Source of the DNA: an uncultured Acidimicrobiales bacterium
Lineage (GTDB): Bacteria; Actinomycetota; Acidimicrobiia; Acidimicrobiales; SHLQ01
Length of the DNA: 52,279 nucleotides
Assembly: GCA_964494395.1 (NCBI GenBank)
Contig: CAZBTI010000008.1
Location: forward strand, 1-52,279
Reading direction: 5' to 3'
Part shown: positions 9,338-16,417 of the stretch, piece after piece
Numbering within the stretch: the stretch's first letter is position 1
Layout of the letters: each line of letters opens with the position of its first letter
Notes under the pieces: model-generated
What the model saw: only the letters and a program-made list of their open reading frames with translations
Told to the model about the DNA's origin: nothing
The model's database searches: none
Program-made: the position numbers and the translations under genes

Positions 9338-10209
9338 TCCCGCTGCTGATCGCCTTTATTGGCGCCTATGGCGTGCACTTGGTGTACACCGCATACGCCT
9401 TTGATTGGAAGGGCCACCAACCCGGCCCGCAGATCGAACGCAAACAGCGAGCGTCGAGCCAAGAGACGATCTCCCAACTCGGCCTCGGAGATCTCAACCC
9501 CGGCGCCCTCGTAAGTTCGATGCTCGTCGTGGCTTTCCTCGGCTTTGCCGTCGGCACCCTTCTGTTCGGAGGCATCCTTCCTGCGCTCATGGTTGGGCTC
9601 TTCGCTGCAGTATCTCCAGTAGGTGTCGCACGACTCCGCCACGAGCGCCTGATCGAAGCTGCCCATCACGCATGGCCCGGCATCATCGAAGAAATCCGTC
9701 TGCTGACCGGCACGCTCGGAAGATCGATCCCGCAAGCAACGTTTGAAGTCGGGCTTCGCACCCACGATGGGCTGCGTCCAGCATTCGAAGAGGCACACCG
9801 CGAATGGCTCATCTCCACCGATTTCGCTCGCTCTCTCGAGGTACTCAAGCAGCACCTCGGCCACAACACCGCCGACATCGTTGCTGAAACTCTTCTCACC
9901 GCCCACGAACTCGGAGGCGGCGAGGTGGGCAACCGTCTCGGAGCCCTCGCAACCGACCGCATGACCGATCAGCGCCACCGCCGAGACGCGGTTGCCCGAC
10001 AGTCCGGCGTTCGTTTCGCTCGATGGTTCACCCTCATCGTGCCGTTCGGCATGGCACTGACCGGCCTCAGCATCGGTGACGGCAGGGCCGCCTACGGCAC
10101 GCCACTCGGCCAAGCCCTCGTCATGGTTGCTCTGACGCTCATCCTCCTGTGTTGGTTCTGGGCTGGCCGCATCATGGCGCTACCAAAGGAAGAGCGGGTG
10201 TTCGCATGA
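9334..10209 (+). CDS. tadB: Tad pilus inner-membrane platform protein TadB (T2SSF family)
   Basis: 291 aa polytopic protein. ATGA overlap with tadA. Position and topology fit TadB. Confidence 0.8.
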   Translation: MIPLLIAFIGAYGVHLVYTAYAFDWKGHQPGPQIERKQRASSQETISQLGLGDLNPGALVSSMLVVAFLGFAVGTLLFGGILPALMVGLFAAVSPVGVARLRHERLIEAAHHAWPGIIEEIRLLTGTLGRSIPQATFEVGLRTHDGLRPAFEEAHREWLISTDFARSLEVLKQHLGHNTADIVAETLLTAHELGGGEVGNRLGALATDRMTDQRHRRDAVARQSGVRFARWFTLIVPFGMALTGLSIGDGRAAYGTPLGQALVMVALTLILLCWFWAGRIMALPKEERVFA

Positions 10210-11105
10210 TCCGCCTCATCGCCGCAGCCGCCATTCTTCTGTTCGTCGGCACGACCCTCATCCTCAGTGAACTGCGCCCCTTCCGCCATCAAACGTTGGC
10301 TGCTCGGGTCTCGCCATACCTCCCTGGCGGACGTGCCAGCGGCGCTCGCGGCCTTCTTTCGCTCGAGAGCTTCGGCCAACTGCTCGGCCCGCTCTCCGAG
10401 GTCATTGGTTCATCAGCGGCAAAGATCTTTGGGGTTAACGAAGAACTGCCCCGTCGTCTTCGTCGAGTGCACTCGTCGATGGACGAGACCGAGTTCCGCC
10501 TTCGCCAAGTTGGTTGGGCTGCCGCCTCTGCTGCGCTCGTCATCTTGTTCGGCGTCGTGCTCTCGCTTCCGGTTGGACCGGTCGCCATGTTCTCGGTCAT
10601 CGCTCCGCTGCTCGCGTTCCTGATTCTCGAACAGCAACTCGCGGGCGAATCCGATCGGTGGAAGGCCCGCATCTTCCAGGAGCTCCCGATGATCTCCGAA
10701 CAGATCGCCATGCTCCTCGGTTCGGGCTACTCGCTCGGCGCAGCATTGCAGCGGATCAGCGAACGGGGCAGCGGCGCCGTTGCCCAAGACCTCGGCGTGG
10801 TGATGTCTCGTGTCCGGCAGGGCACCAGCGAGCACGCCGCTCTCCAAGAATGGGCTGACACGGTCGACATCGAAGCGGTCTCTCGCCTCGTCAGCATCTT
10901 GGCGCTCAACAAGGAAGCCGGCGACCTCGGCTCGATGGTCGCCGCAGAAGCTCGCAATGTCCGAACCGAATCCCACCGTGAACTCCTCGAAGCCATCGAG
11001 AAGAAGAACCAACAGGTATGGATTCCCGTCACCCTCGCAGCCCTAATCCCCGGCGTGATTCTGATGATGATTCCCTTCGTCAGCGCACTCTCGGCCTTCG
11101 GCTAG
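10206..11105 (+). CDS. tadC: Tad pilus inner-membrane platform protein TadC (T2SSF family)
   Basis: Start moved to the ATG (MIRLIAAAAILLF) that overlaps the tadB stop as ATGA. T2SSF-like core ..ELPMISEQIAMLLGSGYSLGAALQRI.. Confidence 0.8.
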   Translation: MIRLIAAAAILLFVGTTLILSELRPFRHQTLAARVSPYLPGGRASGARGLLSLESFGQLLGPLSEVIGSSAAKIFGVNEELPRRLRRVHSSMDETEFRLRQVGWAAASAALVILFGVVLSLPVGPVAMFSVIAPLLAFLILEQQLAGESDRWKARIFQELPMISEQIAMLLGSGYSLGAALQRISERGSGAVAQDLGVVMSRVRQGTSEHAALQEWADTVDIEAVSRLVSILALNKEAGDLGSMVAAEARNVRTESHRELLEAIEKKNQQVWIPVTLAALIPGVILMMIPFVSALSAFG

Positions 11106-11153
11106 CGAACTCTCCAACGAGAGCCCAAATCTCAACCAAGAGAAAGAAAGAAA

Positions 11154-11396
11154 ATGATGAACAGCACCACTTATGTAGCCCGCACCTTGGGCCAGTACTT
11201 GGGCCTCGCCCAGCACGCCATCGTTACCGGAGTCAAGGATCGTCTTACCGACGACCGTGGCGAAGGAGTCATCTCGATGGCGATCGCCATCCTCGTGATC
11301 GCTGCTCTCGGCGTTGCGATGTTCGCCGTGTTCGAAGGCGTCGGCGAAGCTGCTGGCGACAAGGCAACCGATTCGATCAACAGCATCGGTAGCTGA
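11154..11396 (+). CDS. Putative Flp-type (type IVb, DUF4244-like) prepilin with long leader
   Basis: 80 aa. Leader ends in ..DDRGEG, followed by a hydrophobic helix VISMAIAILVIAALGVAMFAVF. Occupies the position after tadC where flp sits in actinobacterial tad loci. Confidence 0.55.
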   Translation: MMNSTTYVARTLGQYLGLAQHAIVTGVKDRLTDDRGEGVISMAIAILVIAALGVAMFAVFEGVGEAAGDKATDSINSIGS

Positions 11397-11402
11397 TCCA
11401 TC

Positions 11403-11783
11403 GTGAGGAAGCTGACGAGAAGAGCTAACCCCGAGCGGGGGTCTGGAGTGTTCTCCATGGCCATGGGGCTGCTCTTCTTTTTCGGCTTTCTCGTCTTTGC
11501 GATCAACGTCATGTACAACCTCTACGCCACGTCGGTGATCTCGGGCCTCGCGCTCGACGCTGCCCACGATGTCGCAGAGCGAAACGGCTCCGAGGCCCAA
11601 GCGCGAGCAGAGTTCCGAGAACAGGTCGGCAACGATGTCGACTTCGATATCGAGATTCTCGGCGACACCGTGCGGGTCGATGTGCGGTGGGAGACCCGAG
11701 CGATCCTCCCCCAGATCAGCGAGGCTCGCGCTTTTGGTGTCTTGGATCGAAGTTTCGAAGTACGACGAGAACAGCAGCAATGA
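11403..11783 (+). CDS. TadE-like pseudopilin / pilus assembly protein
   Basis: 126 aa. N-terminus ..PERGSGVFSMAMGLLFFFGFLVFAINV is typical of the TadE N-terminal segment. Confidence 0.65.
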   Translation: MRKLTRRANPERGSGVFSMAMGLLFFFGFLVFAINVMYNLYATSVISGLALDAAHDVAERNGSEAQARAEFREQVGNDVDFDIEILGDTVRVDVRWETRAILPQISEARAFGVLDRSFEVRREQQQ

Positions 11784-12271
11784 TGGCCACACCCGTGGAG
11801 CGGTTTCGAGCGATCCTTCGCCAAGTAATCAACGATCGCCGTTACGACGATCGCGGATTCGTTGCGGGCGCAGAGATGCTGATCTTTGGTGTGATCGCGT
11901 TCGTGATGGGGTCGCTGCTCATCATCAACGTGTGGAACGTCGTCGATTCGACACTCGCGGTGTCTGCCGCTGCCCGTGAGGGGGCCCGAACCTACGTTGA
12001 AGGCAATCCCGATACCGCACGTGCCGAGTCCGAGGCTCGCATTCTCCAGGTGATGGATGACTTCAACCGAAGCGACCGCGTCGGTGTCCCGCAGGTTTCG
12101 AACCCTGGTGGCTTCGAGCGTTGCTCGGTCGTGACCGTGACTGCGAGCTACGAGGTTGCACTCGTGACGATCCCGCTCTTTGGCCAATTCGGCACCCTGA
12201 CCGAGGTCGAAGCGAGCCACAGTGGCCGGATCGATGCGTACCGAAGCGGAAACTTTGGCGGTGAATGCTGA
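11780..12271 (+). CDS. TadE-like pseudopilin / pilus assembly protein
   Basis: Start set at the ATGATG overlapping the previous stop (ATGA). ..DDRGFVAGAEMLIFGVIAFVMGSLLIINV.. Confidence 0.65.
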   Translation: MMATPVERFRAILRQVINDRRYDDRGFVAGAEMLIFGVIAFVMGSLLIINVWNVVDSTLAVSAAAREGARTYVEGNPDTARAESEARILQVMDDFNRSDRVGVPQVSNPGGFERCSVVTVTASYEVALVTIPLFGQFGTLTEVEASHSGRIDAYRSGNFGGEC

Positions 12272-12747
12272 CCATGGCGACGCTTCCCAAGCCCATAGGC
12301 GGCAAACGATTCCGATGTCCGGAAACATCCGAACGCGGCTCGACCCTGCTGTTGGCCCCAATCGGGTTTCTGATCGTATTGATGCTGGGCGCCGTCACCC
12401 TTGAAGTGGGTGCATTGCATCTGCGCCAACGTCAACTGCACGATCTCGCAACGACGATCGCCAACGACGCGGCCACTGTTGGCTTCGATGTCGCAGAGTT
12501 CCGCGAAAGCGGGGAGATAACGATCGATCGAGATGAAGCAGGGGGCGTTGTGGAACCGAGCATCGCCATCTCCCCCATCCCCGAGGCCCGCGGCGCTGGA
12601 CTCAATGTCGTCGCTGGCGCACCCCCAACGGTTGAGGTGAGCCTCGAACTGACCCATGAATTCGTGTTGGGCCAGCTCATCTGGGGAGCGTCGACCGAAC
12701 TGACCGCAAGCGGTCAGGCAACCCTCCTACGAACGGGCGAACTATGA
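12265..12747 (+). CDS. TadE/TadG-like pilus assembly protein
   Basis: 160 aa. ..SERGSTLLLAPIGFLIVLMLGAVTLEVG.. 7-nt overlap with the previous gene. Confidence 0.55.
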   Translation: MLTMATLPKPIGGKRFRCPETSERGSTLLLAPIGFLIVLMLGAVTLEVGALHLRQRQLHDLATTIANDAATVGFDVAEFRESGEITIDRDEAGGVVEPSIAISPIPEARGAGLNVVAGAPPTVEVSLELTHEFVLGQLIWGASTELTASGQATLLRTGEL

Positions 12748-13484
12748 GCTCTCTCTCTACCGCTACCGCTACTCCCGATACGCCATCGAAACTGCGAAGC
12801 GTTGCCGTTCTCGCCGCATTACTTGCGGTGATTGCCGGGCTGCACTTCGTTGCCCGATTCGGTCTGAGCGGACCGGCGCAAATGACGCTCGACTCGATTC
12901 GAGAATGGGCCAACGAGCCGGTCGCTGCGATCGCCACAGCGGCCCGATGGACATCGCTGCTACTCACCTACTACCTCGCCGTAGTCGTCGGAGTTACCGT
13001 CATTTTCGGCGACCAGCTCGAAGACTCCCGATTCGAACGATTCGCCCCCTCCTCGGTCACTGGACTCGTGGGCATCCTCCTTGGCACCTCCGCGATCGTT
13101 GTTCCGATGGCGATGCACGAAACTCCAGTACTAGAACAACAGCAACAACCACAGCCGGCAGCTACGTCGCCTCTCACCTTGAATCAACTCGATGACCCGT
13201 TGTCGTTGAGTCGCACACCCGACTCTTCGGATCTCAGCCTCGTGTGGAGCGACACGCGGTCTTCCAACGGTGACGACGCGTGGATCGTAGAAAGTGGCGA
13301 TTCGCTCTGGACAATCGCCCAAGAAACCCTCGAGGACCACTCCAGCGGCGTCTCCTTCTCCGAGGAAGAGATCGCCGACTACTGGCGGACCCTTATCGCA
13401 GCAAACGAAGACCGCCTCGTCGAACCCGGTAACCCAGATTTCATCCTCCCCGGCCAAGAACTGATTCTGCCACCAACCACTTAG
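12744..13484 (+). CDS. Membrane protein with C-terminal LysM peptidoglycan-binding domain
   Basis: 246 aa. About 3 TM segments, a Q/P-rich linker, and a C-terminal LysM-like WIVESGDSLWTIAQETL...ILPGQELILP. 4-nt overlap with the preceding tad gene. Confidence 0.75.
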   Translation: MSSLSTATATPDTPSKLRSVAVLAALLAVIAGLHFVARFGLSGPAQMTLDSIREWANEPVAAIATAARWTSLLLTYYLAVVVGVTVIFGDQLEDSRFERFAPSSVTGLVGILLGTSAIVVPMAMHETPVLEQQQQPQPAATSPLTLNQLDDPLSLSRTPDSSDLSLVWSDTRSSNGDDAWIVESGDSLWTIAQETLEDHSSGVSFSEEEIADYWRTLIAANEDRLVEPGNPDFILPGQELILPPTT

Positions 13485-13504
13485 CGAGCGGGCAGAATGG
13501 GGTC

Positions 13505-13905
13505 GTGGCGCAAGTCCCGATTCTCGATCTTTCTGGCTGCGACGAACCGCCCTCCGCTGAAGTCGTCGGCGAAGTTGCCGATGCCGCAACGAGGTTCGGG
13601 TTCTTCCAAGTCGTCAACCATGGCATTCCCGACTCGCAGATCGAGCAGCTCTGGGCCGCAACTCGGGCATTCTTCGCTGAGCCAATGGAGGTAAAGCGGC
13701 AGATCTCTCGGACCAAGGACAACTCGCGGGGCTACTACGACCGGGAGCTCACGAAGAATGCCCGGGACCAGAAGGAAGTCCTCGACATTGCCCACGTGCC
13801 GTTCCCCGACCGTGCCGATGACGATCCAGCGAAATCCAAAGTCCGGGGAAACCGCGGAAACTGCGACTCGTTGCAGAACAAGTGCGAGGCGCCGGAAGCG
13901 ATGAT
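13505..13905 (+). pseudogene. Truncated 2OG-Fe(II) oxygenase (only the N-terminal DIOX_N-like part)
   Basis: VPILDLS...FGFFQVVNHGIPDSQIEQLWAATRAFFAEPMEVK..SRGYY is a typical N-terminal domain of isopenicillin-N-synthase-like oxygenases. Similarity is lost after about 110 aa. The rest of the ORF runs antisense into bldD, and no HxD...H catalytic core is present. Confidence 0.6.
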
Positions 13906-14451
13906 TTATTGCACGACCTGTGGGACGAAGGTCAGACCGAGAGCGTCGATCCGTGGCGCTGCGCCCTCAATACCGGTACCGAGGATCGCTGCGAGTGCCT
14001 GCAAATCGTCGCGGCGGATCGTGAGGACCCGACCGTTGAAGTCTTGGCGCTGCACCTGAATCATCGTCAGGTAGCGAGACAGCATGTCGGCCTCGGGGCC
14101 GGACAGCTTCTCGAGTTTGGTGAGATCGATCGTGATCGATGCTCCAGAAGCTCGGGTCGGACGATCGCGGAGATCGATCTCGTCGTCCACCTCGACACCG
14201 AAGTCAGGCGCCCCTTCGATGGGCAACAGCTGATCGACAGGCACGCTGTAGAACATCGCGAGCTTGCGGAGGCGGGGAACGCTGATCGCTCGTTCGCCTC
14301 GCTCGTAGGCACCCAGTACAGATGCTTTGAACTCTTGACTTGAATTGGCCTCTACCTCTTGGAGAGAAAGACGCTTCTGCCGACGAATTGCGCGCAGACG
14401 TTCACCCACCTTGCGGCTGTATTGATCCGAGTTGGTTTCGTTGTCGTCCAT
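13906..14451 (-). CDS. bldD: BldD-family transcriptional regulator (XRE HTH plus c-di-GMP-binding C-terminal domain)
   Basis: 181 aa. By-eye match to Streptomyces BldD over both domains: VGERLRAIRRQKRLSLQEVE...VLGAYERGERAISVPRLRKLAMFYSVPVDQLLP and SRYLTMIQVQRQDFNGRVLTIRRDDLQALA. RQD-X8-RRDD matches the RxD-X8-RxxD c-di-GMP signature. Confidence 0.85.
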   Translation of the reverse strand: MDDNETNSDQYSRKVGERLRAIRRQKRLSLQEVEANSSQEFKASVLGAYERGERAISVPRLRKLAMFYSVPVDQLLPIEGAPDFGVEVDDEIDLRDRPTRASGASITIDLTKLEKLSGPEADMLSRYLTMIQVQRQDFNGRVLTIRRDDLQALAAILGTGIEGAAPRIDALGLTFVPQVVQ

Positions 14452-14499
14452 ATTCCCTCACATGCGTGCATGAATCGCACTGCGGCGTCTGTAGACCGC

Positions 14500-14522
14500 T
14501 CACAGTGACGAGTGGGATCACC
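14500..14522. promoter_or_regulatory. Inverted-repeat operator candidate upstream of bldD (AGTGA/TCAC half-sites)
   Basis: TCACAGTGAcgAGTGggaTCACC, 50-70 bp upstream of the bldD start. Resembles the AGTgA(n)TCACc half-sites reported for BldD targets. Confidence 0.3.
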
Positions 14523-14614
14523 ATAGACAGAATTGATCGGCATGGTCCAAACGAAGAAGAACTATTTATTGAAGCGTTCTTCAACAACCTCTGCAAGCCC
14601 CTCCGCCGAGACTG

Positions 14615-15292
14615 CTAGAGCGTCAGACGAACGCCAGCCGCGACCGCTGCTGTCTCGGCGCGGAGCACGCTTGTTCCAAGAGAAATTGCCATCGATGCAG
14701 CATCAACTTCGTCGTCGGACCACCCGCCTTCGGGACCGATCGCGATCGAGCGAACGAGCGGTGTGAGCACCTCTCCACCGAAGTGGGCAATGGCGACATC
14801 GGGTCGAGCCAACCACTCGATGGCAGGCACCACGCCGGTCACTGTCGGCAGGCGAACCTGATGGCTCTGCATTGCGGCCTCGCGTACGATTCGCTTCCAT
14901 CGACTAGTCGCCTTATCGATCTTCGAGTCGTCCCACTTGACGATCGTGCGCTCGCTCCGGAGCACAACGATGTTGAGAACCCCGAGTTCGGTGAGCTTCT
15001 GAATGACCCACTCCGGCTTCGAACTCTTGGTGAGCGAAAACGCGACGGTGCTCTGGGAGTCGGGGCTGGGTTCAGCCACCGTCACAATCTCCCCAGCGGG
15101 CTTGAGCGAACCATCGGAGGAGAATTCGGCGTGTTGCCAACGACCGACACCGTCGCTGACCGTGAGCGGATCGCCATCGCGCATGCGCAAAGACTTGGCG
15201 AGGTGGTCGAGGTCACCCGCTGCAACTTGGAGCACATCGAGCGAGTCGACAAAAACATGCGGCCCCGGGGACCCTGCGAGCGCTTCGCTCAC
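14615..15292 (-). CDS. rsmE: 16S rRNA (uracil1498-N3)-methyltransferase RsmE
   Basis: 225 aa. C-terminal SPOUT motif ..IAIGPEGGWSDDE...LGTSVLRAETAAV.. 4-nt overlap with the dnaJ stop. Conserved position after dnaJ. Confidence 0.88.
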   Translation of the reverse strand: MSEALAGSPGPHVFVDSLDVLQVAAGDLDHLAKSLRMRDGDPLTVSDGVGRWQHAEFSSDGSLKPAGEIVTVAEPSPDSQSTVAFSLTKSSKPEWVIQKLTELGVLNIVVLRSERTIVKWDDSKIDKATSRWKRIVREAAMQSHQVRLPTVTGVVPAIEWLARPDVAIAHFGGEVLTPLVRSIAIGPEGGWSDDEVDAASMAISLGTSVLRAETAAVAAGVRLTL

Positions 15293-16416
15293 TTGAACGC
15301 GGACTTCACCTTGCTGAAGAAGCCATCGTCGGGTGGAGCAACAGACTCTGCACGAAGTTCGGCGAACTGTCGGAGAAGTTCTTCTTGTTCGTCGGTGAGA
15401 TCCGTTGGTGTAGCGACGGCCAGGTTCACGACGAGGTCGCCTCGCCCGCGGCCGTTGACGAATGGAACGCCCTTTGCCCGTAGGCGGAACTTCTTGCCGC
15501 TGTTCGTTCCCGGAGGAACCACGAGTACTTCAGGTTCTTCCAAGGTTGGGATCTCAAGCTCGGCGCCGAGAGCGGCTTGGGCAAAGCCGATTGGCTGATC
15601 GAGAACGAGGTCGTTGCCCTGTCGTGTAAAGATTTCATGTGGCTTGACGTCGATGTGAACGTAGAGATCACCTTGGGCACCACCGCGGGGGCCAACAGCG
15701 CCGCGGCCGGTGAGTCGGAGCGTCGAACCAGAGTCGACGCCAGCGGGCACGTCGACGGTGTAACTGACTTCATCGATCTGTCGGCCTTGCCCTTCACAGG
15801 TGGTGCACGCCTGGTCGATCGTCTCGCCGCGGCCGCTACACGTAGGGCACTGAGCGTTGGTGACCATTTGGCCGAGAATTGATTGACGCACTCGCTGCAC
15901 TTGGCCAGCACCGTCACATTCAGTGCAGCGCGTTGTTCCAGTGCCGGGTTCGGATCCGGTCGCTTCACACGGGGCACACACGACGGCGGTCTTGACGGTG
16001 ACCATCTTCTCGCCACCGAACACCGCGTCGGGTAGATCGAGATGCAGAACGGTCTCGAGATCTTCGCCGGCAGGGGGCCCGGACGGACCTCGACCAGCGC
16101 CGCCACCAAATGGGCTGCCACCTTGACCGAAGAACGTTTCGAAGATGTCGCCGAGGTTCGCTCCGAATGGACCAGCTCCCGGTCCTGCGCCTTGACCTCC
16201 AAGCCCGTCGTCGCCGAAACGGTCGTAGCGCTGGCGTCGCTCGGGGTCGCCGAGCACTTCGTAGGCGTTTGCTACTTCTTTGAACTTGGCTTCGGCTTCG
16301 GCATCGTCGGGGTTCTGGTCCGGATGATATTTCCGGGCCATTGAACGGTAGGCCTTCTTGATCTCTGCTTCGGTCGCCTGCTTGGAGACGCCGAGGATGT
16401 CGTAGTGTTCGGCCAT
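15289..16416 (-). CDS. dnaJ: Molecular chaperone DnaJ
   Basis: 375 aa. J-domain with YHPDQNP, G-rich linker, and four CxxCxGxG zinc-finger repeats (CAPCEATG, CTECDGAG, CPTCSGRG, CTTCEGQG). Confidence 0.96.
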   Translation of the reverse strand: MAEHYDILGVSKQATEAEIKKAYRSMARKYHPDQNPDDAEAEAKFKEVANAYEVLGDPERRQRYDRFGDDGLGGQGAGPGAGPFGANLGDIFETFFGQGGSPFGGGAGRGPSGPPAGEDLETVLHLDLPDAVFGGEKMVTVKTAVVCAPCEATGSEPGTGTTRCTECDGAGQVQRVRQSILGQMVTNAQCPTCSGRGETIDQACTTCEGQGRQIDEVSYTVDVPAGVDSGSTLRLTGRGAVGPRGGAQGDLYVHIDVKPHEIFTRQGNDLVLDQPIGFAQAALGAELEIPTLEEPEVLVVPPGTNSGKKFRLRAKGVPFVNGRGRGDLVVNLAVATPTDLTDEQEELLRQFAELRAESVAPPDDGFFSKVKSAFK

Positions 16417-16417
16417 T

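Noticed and set aside
5975-13484. Prepilin peptidase (TadV/CpaA) and secretin/RcpA genes within the tad locus.
   Set aside because: No ORF has the two-Asp A24 peptidase pattern or a secretin domain in the locus. Absence of a secretin is expected in a monoderm, and the peptidase may be encoded elsewhere.
13882-14343. 153-aa plus-strand ORF, considered as a possible frameshifted continuation of the 2OG oxygenase (..SPGKPRKLRLVAEQV..).
   Set aside because: It lies fully antisense to the strongly supported bldD gene and lacks the HxD/H iron-binding motifs. The weak resemblance at its start is not enough.
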